Origin: Burkholderiales bacterium
GTDB taxonomy: Bacteria > Pseudomonadota > Gammaproteobacteria > Burkholderiales > SG8-39
Reading direction: 5' to 3'
Assembly (NCBI GenBank): GCA_035649875.1
Contig: DASRIR010000337.1
Location: 16,219 to 80,218, forward strand
DNA length: 64,000 nt
Position numbers and translations under genes: made by a program. Position 1 is the stretch's first letter. Every line of letters starts with the position of its first letter. Shown piece after piece: positions 34,560-44,957 of the stretch. The notes beneath the pieces were generated by a model. It ran no database searches and was not told the origin of the DNA. It saw nothing but the letters and a program-made list of their open reading frames with translations.

Positions 34560-35300
34560 ATGGAACTAGGCATCAAGGGCCGCACCGCCCTCGTCACGGG
34601 GGCCAGCATGGGAATCGGCCGGGGCATCGCCGCCGCGTTCGCGCGCGAGGGCGTGAAGCTCGCCGTGGTCGCGCGCCGGCGCAACCTGCTCGAGGCGCTC
34701 GAGAAGGAGCTCGCGACCAAGCTCGTGATCATCGAGCAGGATTTCCTCGCGCCGGGGGCGCCCGAGGCGATCGCCGAGCAGGCGCTCGCGGGCCTCGGCT
34801 CGATCGAGATCCTCGTCAACAACGCCGGCGGCAGCCGGCGCTTCACGCTCGAGGCGACCGAGGCGCAGTGGGAAGAGGCGCTCACGCTCAACTTCACGCG
34901 CCAGCGCCAGCTCGCGCACCGCCTGCTGCCGCAGATGATCGCGCGCAAGTGGGGCCGCGTCGTCAACATCACCGGCAAGTCCGAGCCCGAGGGCCTGAAC
35001 GGCGCGTTCGCCGCCAAGGCCGCGATGCATGCCTGGGCAAAGGGCCTTTCGCGCGAGGTCGGGAAGCACGGCATCACCGTGAACTGCGTGCCGCCAGGGC
35101 GCATCATCAGCGAGCAGATCCTGCGCAACTACCCGCCCGAGTTCCGCAAGAAGGAGAGCGAGGAGGACATCCCGGTAGGCGAATACGGCCAGCCGGCCGA
35201 CATCGCGAACCTGGTCTGCTTCCTGGTCTCGCCGCTCGCGCGCTACATCACCGGCGCGGTAATCCCGGTGGACGGTGGACTGAGGAGATACTCATTCTGA
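34560..35300 (+). CDS. SDR-family oxidoreductase
   Basis: TGASMGIGRGIA and NNAG motifs. Confidence 0.85.
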   Translation: MELGIKGRTALVTGASMGIGRGIAAAFAREGVKLAVVARRRNLLEALEKELATKLVIIEQDFLAPGAPEAIAEQALAGLGSIEILVNNAGGSRRFTLEATEAQWEEALTLNFTRQRQLAHRLLPQMIARKWGRVVNITGKSEPEGLNGAFAAKAAMHAWAKGLSREVGKHGITVNCVPPGRIISEQILRNYPPEFRKKESEEDIPVGEYGQPADIANLVCFLVSPLARYITGAVIPVDGGLRRYSF

Positions 35301-35305
35301 AATTC

Positions 35306-36250
35306 ATGGTGCTGGCGATGGCCGCGGTCGCATTCCCCTGCGCGGCGCAAACTTATCCCACCAAGCCGATCCGCCTCGTGGTGCCGTTCGCGCCCGGCGG
35401 CTCGAGCACCATCGTGGCGCGCAGCGTCGCGGCCGAGATGGAGAAGGCGCTCGGGCAGTCGATCGTGATCGAGAACAAGGGCGGCGGCGGGGGCAACCCG
35501 GCGATGCAAGACGTGGCGCGCGCCGATCCGGACGGCTACACGCTGCTCATCACGCACATCGGCAGCCTCGCGCTCAACCCGTTCCTCTACTCGAACCTGC
35601 CGTTCGACGTGAACCGCGATTTCGCTCACATCTCGCTGCTCGCGAAGGTGCCGAGCATCTTCGTGGTGCACGAAAGCGTCGCGGCGAAAGATGCGCGCGA
35701 GTTCGTGGCGCTCGCGAAGAAGGAGCCCGGCAAGCTCTATTACGGCTCGGCGGGCAACGGCAGCGCGGGCCATCTCGCCATGGAGTACTTCAAGCTCGTC
35801 TCGGGCATCGAGCTGCAGCACGTACCGTACAAGGGCACCGGCCCGAACCTGGTCGACCTGGTCGCCGGGCGCACTCAGGCGACATCGGCCGGCACGCCGC
35901 CGCTCATGCCGCACGTGAAGAGCGGGAAGCTGCGCGTCATCGGCGTGGGCTCGCCCAAGCGCCTGCCCTCGATCCCGGACGTACCGACCATCGCCGAGCA
36001 GGGCTACGCGGGCTTCGAGACGTCGCAGTGGTACGGATTGTCGGCGCCTGCGAAGACGCCGCCCGCGATCATCAAGCGGCTCAGCGACGAAGCAGCGAAG
36101 GCGGCGAAGAGCGCGGCAGTCGCCGAGCGCTTCAAAGCCGACGACGCCGAGGCGATCGGCTCGACGCCGCAGGAGTACGCCGACTTCGTCGCCAAAGAGC
36201 AGGCCCGCTGGAAGGATGTGATCCAGAAGGCCAACATCAAGATCGACTGA
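35306..36250 (+). CDS. Bug-family substrate-binding protein
   Basis: TYPTKPIRLVVPFAPGGSST after a short signal peptide. Confidence 0.85.
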   Translation: MVLAMAAVAFPCAAQTYPTKPIRLVVPFAPGGSSTIVARSVAAEMEKALGQSIVIENKGGGGGNPAMQDVARADPDGYTLLITHIGSLALNPFLYSNLPFDVNRDFAHISLLAKVPSIFVVHESVAAKDAREFVALAKKEPGKLYYGSAGNGSAGHLAMEYFKLVSGIELQHVPYKGTGPNLVDLVAGRTQATSAGTPPLMPHVKSGKLRVIGVGSPKRLPSIPDVPTIAEQGYAGFETSQWYGLSAPAKTPPAIIKRLSDEAAKAAKSAAVAERFKADDAEAIGSTPQEYADFVAKEQARWKDVIQKANIKID

Positions 36251-37722
36251 TGGATTACGACGTCATCGTTGTCGGCGGCGGCAACGCGGCGCTGTGTGCA
36301 GCGCTGTCGGCTTCAGAATTTTCCAAACGCATTCTCGTTTTGGAGCGAGCCCCGGAAGAAGAATCGGGCGGCAACTCGCGCTTCACCGCGGGCTTGTTCC
36401 GGCTGGTCTACACCGGCCCGGACGACCTCAAGACGCTGATCCCCGACCTCTCGGCCGACGAGATCGCCAACACCGACTTCGGCACCTACACCGAGGAGCA
36501 GTTTCTCGACGACATGGCGCGGCTGACCGAGTACCGGTGCGACCCCGACCTCACCGAGATCCTCGTCAAACAAAGTTTGCCGACCGCGCAATGGATGCGA
36601 AAGCGCGGCGTGCGCTTCACCGCCGCGTGGGGGCGCCAGGCGTTCAAGCTCGGCGGCAGGTTCAAGTTCTGGGGCGGCCTCACCGTCGAGGCGGTCGGCG
36701 GCGGCCAGGGGCTGATCGAGGCCGAGACGCAGCTCGCGAAGAAGGCCGGCATCGAGATTTGGTACCAAGCGCGCGCGGTTTCGCTGATTGCGGATGACGA
36801 TGGCGTGCACGGAGTTGTCGTTAGGAAAAACAACAAGACCGTGAGCGTCAAGAGCAAGGCGGTGGTGCTCGCCGCCGGCGGCTTCCAGGCCAACACCGAA
36901 TGGCGCACACGCTACATGGGCCCCGGCTGGGAGCTCGCCAAGGTGCGCGGCACGCGCTTCAACACCGGCGACGCGATCCGCATGGCGCTCGACATCGGCG
37001 CCGCCGCGCACGGCAACTGGTCGGGCTGCCACGCGGTCGCCTGGGACCGCAACGCGCCGGAGACCGGCGACCTCGCGGTCGGCGACGGCTTCCAGAAGCA
37101 TTCCTATCCCTGGGGCGTGTACATCAATGCCGAGGGCAAGCGCTTCGTCGACGAGGGCGCAGATTTCCGCAATTACACCTACGCCAAGTACGGCCGCGTG
37201 ATCCTGCAGCAGCCCAAGCAGTTCGCGTGGCAGATCTTCGATGCCAAGGTGAAGCAGCAGCTGCGCGACGAATACCGCATCAAGCAGGTGACCAAGATCA
37301 GCGGCAACAGCCTCGAAGAGCTGGTCTCGAAGATGGACGACACCGACCAGAAGGCGGCGCTCGAGACGCTGAAAAAGTACAACGCCGCGGTGCGCACGGA
37401 GATTCCGTTCAACCCGAACGTGAAGGACGGGCGCCGCACGGAGAATTTAGAAACAAACAAATCCAATTGGGCCAACACGCTGGATACGCCGCCGTTCGAG
37501 GCCTATGCGGTGACTTGCGGCATCACGTTCAGCTTCGGCGGATTGAAGATCAACACGCAGGCGCAAGTCCTGAGCTCCGATGGCGAGCCCATCCCGGGCC
37601 TCTACGCCGCGGGTGAGCTGGTGGGCGGCATCTTCTGGTTCAATTATCCCGGCGGCTCCGGCCTCACCAACGGCGCGGTGTTCGGCAAGATCGCCGGTTC
37701 GAGCGCCGCGAGGTTTCGGTGA
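36250..37722 (+). CDS. FAD-dependent dehydrogenase, TcuA (tricarballylate dehydrogenase)-like
   Basis: DVIVVGGGNAALCAAL dinucleotide motif and a fumarate-reductase-flavoprotein-like body. The ATG overlaps the upstream TGA. Confidence 0.75.
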   Translation: MDYDVIVVGGGNAALCAALSASEFSKRILVLERAPEEESGGNSRFTAGLFRLVYTGPDDLKTLIPDLSADEIANTDFGTYTEEQFLDDMARLTEYRCDPDLTEILVKQSLPTAQWMRKRGVRFTAAWGRQAFKLGGRFKFWGGLTVEAVGGGQGLIEAETQLAKKAGIEIWYQARAVSLIADDDGVHGVVVRKNNKTVSVKSKAVVLAAGGFQANTEWRTRYMGPGWELAKVRGTRFNTGDAIRMALDIGAAAHGNWSGCHAVAWDRNAPETGDLAVGDGFQKHSYPWGVYINAEGKRFVDEGADFRNYTYAKYGRVILQQPKQFAWQIFDAKVKQQLRDEYRIKQVTKISGNSLEELVSKMDDTDQKAALETLKKYNAAVRTEIPFNPNVKDGRRTENLETNKSNWANTLDTPPFEAYAVTCGITFSFGGLKINTQAQVLSSDGEPIPGLYAAGELVGGIFWFNYPGGSGLTNGAVFGKIAGSSAARFR

Positions 37723-38948
37723 AGCCGGTCGCGTCGAAGGGCATCCGCTTCATCGGCCATACCGACATGGACGGCCGCGGCGATGGCGTGCAGGTCATGG
37801 TGCATCGCGGCTACGCCTACGTCGGCCACGGCTTCAGCAACGGCATCACCACCGTCGACGTACGGGATCCGGGCAAGCCGAAGGCGGTCGACTTCATCGC
37901 CTGCCCACCCGGCACGCGGGCGTTTCACCTGCAGACCCACGAAGATCTGCTGCTGGCGGTCAACGCGCCGAGCGTCTGGACGATGCAGCAGTTCCAGCAG
38001 AGCGACAAAAACTACTTCGGCGGCTCGCCGGCCGACCGGCTGAAGGGCACCGGCATCGAGTTCACGGCGGGCATCCGGGTCTACGATATTTCCAGGCCGG
38101 AGAAACCGCGCGAGATCGGCTTCATGCCGGTCGAGGGCATCGGGCCGCATCGCATCTGGTACGTGGGCGGGCGCTATGCGTACGCGTCCATCCACTTCGC
38201 CGACTTCACCGACCACGTGCTCGCGATCATCGACGTGTCGAAGCCGAGCAAGCCGGAGCTCGTTGGGCGCTGCTGGATCCCGGGCATGTGGAAAGGCGGA
38301 GGCGAGACGCCGAACTTTCCCGCCGGCAAGCGTTATGCGCTGCACCACGCGCTGCTCGACGGCGACATCGCCTACGGCGCCTGGCGCGACGGCGGCCTGA
38401 CCGTGATCGACGTGGCCGACAAGGCGCGGCCGAGGATCCTCGTGCACCGGCTGCCGCAGCCGGGCGGCGGCGGCACGCACTCGCCGCTCCCGCTGCCGGA
38501 CCGCAAGCTACTGGTGCTCGCCGACGAGCCGACCTTCGCCAACTGCAAGGAAGGGCGGCGCCACATCTGGACGTACGACATCCGCGAGCCGTCCAACCCG
38601 GCGCTGATCGCGTCCTTCCCGGAACCCGGCGAAGCCGACTATTGTGCGAAGGGTGGGTTTTTCGGCCCGCACAACCTGCACGAGAACCGGCCGGGCGCCT
38701 TCCAGAGTTCGAAGCTCCTAATCGCCACCTATTACAACGCCGGGGTGCGGATCTACGACATCGCCGACCAGGCGCGGCCGAAGGAAATCGCGTATTACGT
38801 GCCCCCCAATCCGGCCAGGATGGTGGATCCGCGACCGAACCGGCCGCAGGTGCTGCAGACCGCCGACTGCTATGTCGACAAAAGCGGGCTCATGTACCTG
38901 ACGGATCAGAACGCCGGGCTTAATATCCTGCAGTTCGAGGAACTCTAG
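37719..38948 (+). CDS. Hypothetical beta-propeller-like protein (possibly LVIVD-repeat family)
   Basis: Repeated ...Y.....G....D...P..P pattern. GTGA overlap with the TcuA-like gene. Confidence 0.5.
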   Translation: MKPVASKGIRFIGHTDMDGRGDGVQVMVHRGYAYVGHGFSNGITTVDVRDPGKPKAVDFIACPPGTRAFHLQTHEDLLLAVNAPSVWTMQQFQQSDKNYFGGSPADRLKGTGIEFTAGIRVYDISRPEKPREIGFMPVEGIGPHRIWYVGGRYAYASIHFADFTDHVLAIIDVSKPSKPELVGRCWIPGMWKGGGETPNFPAGKRYALHHALLDGDIAYGAWRDGGLTVIDVADKARPRILVHRLPQPGGGGTHSPLPLPDRKLLVLADEPTFANCKEGRRHIWTYDIREPSNPALIASFPEPGEADYCAKGGFFGPHNLHENRPGAFQSSKLLIATYYNAGVRIYDIADQARPKEIAYYVPPNPARMVDPRPNRPQVLQTADCYVDKSGLMYLTDQNAGLNILQFEEL

Positions 38949-38964
38949 ACCGAGGGGAGGGAAC

Positions 38965-40098
38965 GTGAAGGCGAACTGGATTGCAGCTGCTCTGATCACG
39001 GGCGCCGCGACGGCGGCGCACGCCCAGCAAACGGTGTTCATGCCGATCGTGATCGAGGTGTCGGGCAACGGCGCGGTATCAGGCACCAACTTCCGCGACG
39101 GCGCGCTGATGGCGATCGACGAGATCAACGCGAAGGGCGGCATCCTCAAGCGCAAGATCAACGCGCCGGTGAGCGACACGCAGAGCAATGCCGCCATCTC
39201 GCGCGCGCAGGTGCAGAAGGCGATCGACGGCGACCCGTACGTGATCCTCGGACCGGTGTTCTCCGGCTCGGTGAAGGTGAACATGCAGCTTGCCCAGCAG
39301 GCCGAGGTCCCGCAGATCGTCGGCGCGGAAGCCGCCGAGATCACGCAGATGGGCAACCCGTACGTGTTCCGCACCTCCTTCGGCCAGCAGATGAGCATGC
39401 CGAAGATGGCGGCCTTCGTCGCCAACGGCATGAAGGCGAAGACCGTGGCGTTCCTCTGGGTGAACAACGACTACGGCAAGGGCGGGCGCGACGTGTTCTT
39501 CAAGGAGATGGCGGCACGCAACATCAAGATCGTGGCCGACGTCTCGACCGAGTCGGGCCAGGTCGACTTCGCCGCCGACATCGTCAAGATGAAGGCGTCG
39601 AACGCCGACGTGATGTTCATCTACACCAACGAGGAAGAGTGCGCGCGCGTGCTGCGCGAGGCGCGCAAGCAGGGCGTGAAGCAGCCGATCATCGGCGAGA
39701 CCAACGTCGTTAGCCAGAAGGTGATCGACCTCGCCGGCGAGACGGCCGAAGGCGCGAAGGGGCATGTCGGGCTCACCGCCGATGCGCCGATCCCGGCCGT
39801 GCAGGCGTTCACCGACAAGTTCCAGAAGCGCTACAAGTACGTGCCCGACCATAACGGTCTCAAGGGCTACATGGGCGTGTACGCGGTCAAGTACGCGACC
39901 GAGAAGCTCGGCAAGTTCGACCGCAAGGCGCTGGCGAAAAGCCTGCACGGCATGACCATCACGCCGGCGCAGGAGCCGGGCATCCTGATCGAGACCACCT
40001 GGGACGACAAAGGCGACATCGACCGCATCAGCTTCCTGGTCGAGGTGGTCAAGGGCAGACAGAAGGTGGTCGAGATCCTGCCCAAGCTGGGCAAGTAG
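38965..40098 (+). CDS. Branched-chain amino-acid-type ABC substrate-binding protein (LivJ/K-like)
   Basis: Signal peptide plus a type-I PBP pattern. Followed by livHMGF-like genes. Confidence 0.85.
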   Translation: MKANWIAAALITGAATAAHAQQTVFMPIVIEVSGNGAVSGTNFRDGALMAIDEINAKGGILKRKINAPVSDTQSNAAISRAQVQKAIDGDPYVILGPVFSGSVKVNMQLAQQAEVPQIVGAEAAEITQMGNPYVFRTSFGQQMSMPKMAAFVANGMKAKTVAFLWVNNDYGKGGRDVFFKEMAARNIKIVADVSTESGQVDFAADIVKMKASNADVMFIYTNEEECARVLREARKQGVKQPIIGETNVVSQKVIDLAGETAEGAKGHVGLTADAPIPAVQAFTDKFQKRYKYVPDHNGLKGYMGVYAVKYATEKLGKFDRKALAKSLHGMTITPAQEPGILIETTWDDKGDIDRISFLVEVVKGRQKVVEILPKLGK

Positions 40099-40116
40099 CA
40101 GGCCGGGCAGGCAGCC

Positions 40117-40995
40117 CTGGCCGATTTACTGCAGCTCGCGGTCGCCGGGATCGCGACGGGCGGCATCTATGCGCTCGTCGCGGTCGGCTTCGTGCTGCTC
40201 TGGCAGACCTCGCAGACCATCAACTTCGCTCAGGGCGAGTTCGTCATGCTGCCGGCGTTCTTCGTGCTGGCGGCCATGCGGTTCGGCGAGCTTTCCTTCC
40301 CGGCTGCGCTGCTCATCGGTTTCGTAGTCGCGGTGCTGGTCCTGGGCGTGCTGTTCAAGCAGCTGGTGGTCGACCCGATCCTGCGCCATGGCGTCCTGCC
40401 GCTCGTCATCTCGACCCTGGGCCTTGCCATCCTGTTCAAGGAGGGGGTCAAGGAGTTCTACTCCGCCGAGGCGCAAGGCTTCCCCGGCGTGTGGCCGACC
40501 ACCAACGTCACGATCGCCGGCGCGGTGATCTCGGCGCAGAGCCTGGTGATCATCGGGGTGGCGGTGATGGCGGTGGGGGTCCTGCAGTATTTCCTCCACG
40601 CCACCCGCACCGGCCGGCAGATGCAGGCCACCGCGCAGAACCCGGTGCTCGCGCGCGTGCTCGGCATTCCGGTCGAGCGGATGATCCTCTACACGTTCCT
40701 GGTCAACGCGGCGCTGGTCGCGCTCGCCTCCTTCCTGGTGAGCCCGATCTACCTCGCCAAGTTCACCAACGGCGAGCTGCTGGGCCTCGCCGCCTTCGTC
40801 GCCGCGATCGTCGGCGGCTTCAACCAGGTGCGCGGCGCGATCGTTGGCGGACTGCTGCTCGGCATCGTCGACAACCTGGTCGCGGCCTACTGGTCGTCGC
40901 AGTATCGCGCGGCGATCCCGCTGTTCCTGCTGATCGCGGTGATCCTGTGGCGCCCGCAGGGGCTGCTCGGCCGCGCCGAGGAGCGCACGGTTTGA
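40117..40995 (+). CDS. Branched-chain amino-acid ABC permease (LivH-like); probable CTG start
   Basis: The track ORF starts at GTG 40192, but the in-frame upstream codons ADLLQLAVAGIATGGIYALVAVGFVLLW form the conserved first TM helix. Between the in-frame TAG at 40096 and 40192 the only near-cognate starts are CTG (40117, 40129) and ATC (40150, 40165). Confidence 0.7.
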   Translation: MADLLQLAVAGIATGGIYALVAVGFVLLWQTSQTINFAQGEFVMLPAFFVLAAMRFGELSFPAALLIGFVVAVLVLGVLFKQLVVDPILRHGVLPLVISTLGLAILFKEGVKEFYSAEAQGFPGVWPTTNVTIAGAVISAQSLVIIGVAVMAVGVLQYFLHATRTGRQMQATAQNPVLARVLGIPVERMILYTFLVNAALVALASFLVSPIYLAKFTNGELLGLAAFVAAIVGGFNQVRGAIVGGLLLGIVDNLVAAYWSSQYRAAIPLFLLIAVILWRPQGLLGRAEERTV

Positions 40996-41906
40996 AGAAG
41001 GTTGTTTTCGTGCTGCTGCCCGTCGCCTTGGTCGCGGCGCCGTTCTTTCTGAAGCCCTACGGGATCTACCTGCTGAGCCTCTGGGTGGTGATGACGATCG
41101 CCGCGATCGGCCTCAACCTCACGCTGGGCTACGCCGGCCAGATCTCGCTCGCGCAGGGCTCGTTCGTCGGCATCGGCGCCTATGCGGCGGCGCTGCTCAC
41201 CACGAGCGGCTGGCCATTGTGGTCGGCCTTTCTGCTCGCGATCGCGCTCAGCCTGGCGATCGGCTGGCTGCTCGGCTACCCCGCGCTGCGCGTGCAGCAC
41301 CACTATCTCGCCTTCGTCACGCTCGCTTTCGCGACGCTCGTCTACCTCGTGCTGCGCAACGAGCAATGGCTGACCAAGGGCGTCTACGGCGTGCCCAACA
41401 TTCCGCGCCCGACGCTGCTCGGCTGGTCGACCAAGGCGCCGATCCCGTTCTACTTCTTCTGCCTGGGCATCCTCGCGCTCGTCTCGGTCGGAACCTGGTG
41501 GCTGGTGCGCTCGCCGTGGGGCCGCGCGTTCACCGCGCTGCGCGAGAACGCGCTGCGCGCCGACTCGCTCGGGGTCGATACGCGGCGCTACACCTTGATG
41601 GCGTTCGCGTTCGGCTCTGCGCTGGGCGGGATCGCCGGCGTGCTGTATGCGCCGCTGATCCAGTTCATCGAGCCGACCGTGTTCAACCTCAACCTGTCGT
41701 TGAACATCTTGCTGATGGTGATGGTCGGCGGCTCGGGCTACTTCCTCGGCCCGTTCCTTGGCGCCGCGGTCTCCGTGCTGCTGCCGGAGTGGGCGCGCTT
41801 CGGGAGCGATGCGCTCTACCTGATCCTGTATGCGATCGCGGTCATGGTGCTGATGGCGTTCTGTCCTTCCGGCCTCCTCGGCCTGGCGGAGCGCCTGCGC
41901 CGATGA
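40992..41906 (+). CDS. Branched-chain amino-acid ABC permease (LivM-like)
   Basis: TTG start overlapping the upstream TGA (TTGA). GLNLTLGYAGQISLAQG motif. Confidence 0.8.
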   Translation: MKKVVFVLLPVALVAAPFFLKPYGIYLLSLWVVMTIAAIGLNLTLGYAGQISLAQGSFVGIGAYAAALLTTSGWPLWSAFLLAIALSLAIGWLLGYPALRVQHHYLAFVTLAFATLVYLVLRNEQWLTKGVYGVPNIPRPTLLGWSTKAPIPFYFFCLGILALVSVGTWWLVRSPWGRAFTALRENALRADSLGVDTRRYTLMAFAFGSALGGIAGVLYAPLIQFIEPTVFNLNLSLNILLMVMVGGSGYFLGPFLGAAVSVLLPEWARFGSDALYLILYAIAVMVLMAFCPSGLLGLAERLRR

Positions 41907-42646
41907 ACCGCGTCCTCGAGGTCCGCGACCTGGCCAAGTCGTTCGGCGGCATCCACGCCGTAAACGGCGTGTCGTTCGACGTGCGCGAAGGCGAGATCCT
42001 TGGCCTGATCGGGCCGAACGGCTCGGGCAAGTCGACGCTGTTCAACTGCATCCTCGGCCAGCTCGCGCCTTCGGCCGGCGAGGTGCGCATCGACGGGCGC
42101 GCGATCACCGGCATGCGGCCCTGCCAGCTCAACCGCCTCGGCGTCGGCCGCACCTTCCAGCTGCTGCAGGTGTTTCCGCAGCTCACGGTGCGCGAGAACC
42201 TGATCCTCGCCGGACAGGAGCACCAGAAGTCGATGTGGTCGCGCCTGGTCGGACGGCGCGACGCCGGGATGGGGGGCGCGGCCGACCGCATGATCGAGTT
42301 CTTCCGCCTCAGCGCGCTCGCCGGCGAGAACGCCGGCGCGCTGAGCTACGGCCAGCAGAAGCTGCTCGACGTGGCGATGGCGTTCATGGCCGGGCCACGC
42401 CTGGTGCTGCTCGACGAGCCCGCGGGAGGCGTCAATCCGACCATGCTCGCCGGGCTGAAGGAGCGCCTGCGCGAGATCAACGCCGCGCAGCGCGCCACCT
42501 TCGTCGTCATTGAGCACAACATGGAATTCGTCATGTCGCTGTGCACGCGCATCCTGGTGCTCGCCGAGGGCCGCATCATCGCCGAGGGCGCGCCGGAGGA
42601 GATCCGCGGCAATCCGCAGGTGATCGAGGCCTACCTTGGCGGATAG
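41903..42646 (+). CDS. ABC ATP-binding protein (LivG-like)
   Basis: GPNGSGKST, LSYGQQK and VLLDEPAGG. ATGA overlap. Confidence 0.9.
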   Translation: MNRVLEVRDLAKSFGGIHAVNGVSFDVREGEILGLIGPNGSGKSTLFNCILGQLAPSAGEVRIDGRAITGMRPCQLNRLGVGRTFQLLQVFPQLTVRENLILAGQEHQKSMWSRLVGRRDAGMGGAADRMIEFFRLSALAGENAGALSYGQQKLLDVAMAFMAGPRLVLLDEPAGGVNPTMLAGLKERLREINAAQRATFVVIEHNMEFVMSLCTRILVLAEGRIIAEGAPEEIRGNPQVIEAYLGG

Positions 42647-43370
42647 CATCCTCGCGCTCGAGGAAGTCGTCGCCGGGTACGGCGGGCTCACGGTCCTCAA
42701 CGGCGTTAGCCTGCACGCCGCGCGCGGCGCCATCACGACCATCATCGGCCCCAACGGCGCCGGCAAGTCGACCGTGTTCAAGACCGTGTTCGGGCTGCTG
42801 CCGGCGCGCGGCGGGCGCGTGGCGTTCGAAGGCCGCGAGGTGACCAACTTCACCCCGCGCAGGCTGCTCGAGCTGGGCATCTCCTACGTGCCGCAGGGGC
42901 GCAACATCTTTCCCGAGCTCTCCGTGCGCCACAACCTCGAGCTCGGCGCGACCTCGGTGGCGGGCCGCGTCGACGTCGCCGCGCGCGTCGCGTCGGTGAT
43001 GGAGCGCTTCCCGATGCTGCGCGAGCGCGCCGGCGCGCAGGCGTCCACGCTCTCCGGCGGCCAGCAGAAGCTGCTCGAGATCGCGCGCGGCCTGCTGCTC
43101 GAGCCGAAGCTCATGCTGATCGACGAGCCCTCGATCGGGCTGTCGCCGGTGCTGGTGAAGGAGGTGTTCGCGATCCTGCAGGATCTGCGCGCGAAAGGCA
43201 TGTCGATCCTGATGGTCGAGCAGAACGCCAAGCGCGCGCTCGAAGTCTCGGACTTCGGCGTCGTCCTCGAGCTCGGCCGCGCGCGGATGTCGGGCGAGGC
43301 GCGCGCGATCCTCGCCGACCCCAAGGTGGGCCAGCTCTTCCTCGGCGGTGGGCTGGTGACTACTGGATGA
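42636..43370 (+). CDS. ABC ATP-binding protein (LivF-like)
   Basis: GPNGAGKST, LSGGQQK and MLIDEPS. Confidence 0.9.
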   Translation: MADSILALEEVVAGYGGLTVLNGVSLHAARGAITTIIGPNGAGKSTVFKTVFGLLPARGGRVAFEGREVTNFTPRRLLELGISYVPQGRNIFPELSVRHNLELGATSVAGRVDVAARVASVMERFPMLRERAGAQASTLSGGQQKLLEIARGLLLEPKLMLIDEPSIGLSPVLVKEVFAILQDLRAKGMSILMVEQNAKRALEVSDFGVVLELGRARMSGEARAILADPKVGQLFLGGGLVTTG

Positions 43371-44334
43371 TGCGGTCGACGCGCGCCAGCAGCGTCGGCG
43401 GTATCTTCATTCCGAGCGCCTTCGCCGCGGTGATGTTGAGGGTCAGGCTGATGCTGCGCGCCTGCTCGATCGGGATGGTGCTCGCGTTCCCGCCCTTGAG
43501 GACCTTGTCGGCGAACACCGCCAGCATGCGGAAGCCGTCGGCAAGCGAGGGACCGTAGCTGACCAGGCCGCCCGCCTCGACGAACTCGGTCCAGCCGTAC
43601 ATGCAGGGAATCCTGGTCTGCGCGGCCAGCTCGGCGATTTCCTTCCGGCGATTGAGCGTGAGCGAATCGGGAAACACGAGAATCGCATCGAACTTCGCCG
43701 CGCGAAACACCGCGAAGGCCGGCGCGAGCTCTTCGGGCTTGTGCACGAGGTGCCGGGTGACTTCGGCGCCAAGGCGCCGCGCCGTGTCCTCCGTCACGCG
43801 GTACTCGAGGAGCTCGCCGGTGTGCTCGGGATTGGAGAGGAGCGCGATGCGCTTCGCGTCCGGCAGCAGATCCTTCAGCACCTCCACGCGCTTCGCGCAC
43901 AGCTCCATCGCCATGAAAGTGAGGCCGGTCATGTTCCGGCCGGGCTTCGCCAGGCTGTCCGCGAATCCGGCGATCACCGGGTCGCCGCTATAGACGAACA
44001 CGACAGGAATCCGGTCGCGCACGGACTTGGTGAAATCCACCGAAGGGCCGCGCGAAACCAGCACGTCGAGTCGCTCCGCGGCGAGCTCCTGAACGAGCGC
44101 CGGCAGCCGGGTGAAGTCGTTCTTGGCGTAGCGCGCGATCAACACGTAGGACTTGCCCTCGACGTGGCCAAGGTTGCGCAATCCTTCTTGAAGCAGGCCG
44201 AGCGCCGGATCGGGTTCGGGCAGGTAGGAAAGCCAGCCCACGCGCGCCGGGCGGCTGCGCTGCGCAAACGCCGCGAGCGGGCCGAGCGCGAGCGACGCGG
44301 CGAGCGTGCCGCAGATACGACGCCGGATATTCAT
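43360..44334 (-). CDS. Orphan ABC substrate-binding protein (COG2984-type)
   Basis: Signal peptide. Paralog of 49784-50764 (e.g. ALVQELAAERLDVLV against PLARELVALKPDVIM). Confidence 0.7.
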   Translation of the reverse strand: MNIRRRICGTLAASLALGPLAAFAQRSRPARVGWLSYLPEPDPALGLLQEGLRNLGHVEGKSYVLIARYAKNDFTRLPALVQELAAERLDVLVSRGPSVDFTKSVRDRIPVVFVYSGDPVIAGFADSLAKPGRNMTGLTFMAMELCAKRVEVLKDLLPDAKRIALLSNPEHTGELLEYRVTEDTARRLGAEVTRHLVHKPEELAPAFAVFRAAKFDAILVFPDSLTLNRRKEIAELAAQTRIPCMYGWTEFVEAGGLVSYGPSLADGFRMLAVFADKVLKGGNASTIPIEQARSISLTLNITAAKALGMKIPPTLLARVDRIIQ

Positions 44335-44393
44335 CCGGCGAGTCTAATCAGCAGAAACGCCGCGCTGCAAGCGCAGCGCGGGGTCCTGGAACG

Positions 44394-44927
44394 TCAGTGG
44401 CTGTGGCCGGGTCCGACCTGGCTGCGGATTTCGCCGCCCGGCCAGAGAGTGGAGTGCACGTTCACGTACGTAACGCCGGCACGGATGGCGCGGATCAATT
44501 CCGCGAGCTCGCCGGTATTGATTCCCTGCGTTCTCGCCGCTGCGGTTGCCGGAATGTTCGGGCTCACATCGGCGGCTAAGATCGTGCCGCTGATGGTCGC
44601 AGGCGGAGCCGGGCATGGCTGGGTGCCGGCCGGACCGTTCCCGAGGTTGGTGCAAAGGAAGACCGTGATGCCGCCGTTCACAGCGGTCTGGCCGAAGTGA
44701 ATGTGCGCTTGCTGCACCGCGCCCTCGAGGTCGGCGTAGCTCAGTTCCCAGTCGATGGCGGTTTCGTTGGCGTTGATCTGCGCGTCGAACTTGCCGGTTG
44801 CGACGCTCGAGACCGAAGGCACCTCCTCGAAACTCACGAGGCTGCCGCTGATGCGATTCTGCGCGGATGCGAACGGTGCCACTGCCAATGCGAGGATGCC
44901 TAGAACCAATGCTGCTTTCACTTTCAT
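44394..44927 (-). CDS. Secreted CHRD-domain protein
   Basis: Signal MKVKAALVLGILALAVAPFASA. AHIHFG and YVNVHS...PGGEIRSQV CHRD hallmarks. Confidence 0.75.
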   Translation of the reverse strand: MKVKAALVLGILALAVAPFASAQNRISGSLVSFEEVPSVSSVATGKFDAQINANETAIDWELSYADLEGAVQQAHIHFGQTAVNGGITVFLCTNLGNGPAGTQPCPAPPATISGTILAADVSPNIPATAAARTQGINTGELAELIRAIRAGVTYVNVHSTLWPGGEIRSQVGPGHSH

Positions 44928-44957
44928 ATCCCCTCCTTCGGGTTGATACGGCAATTC

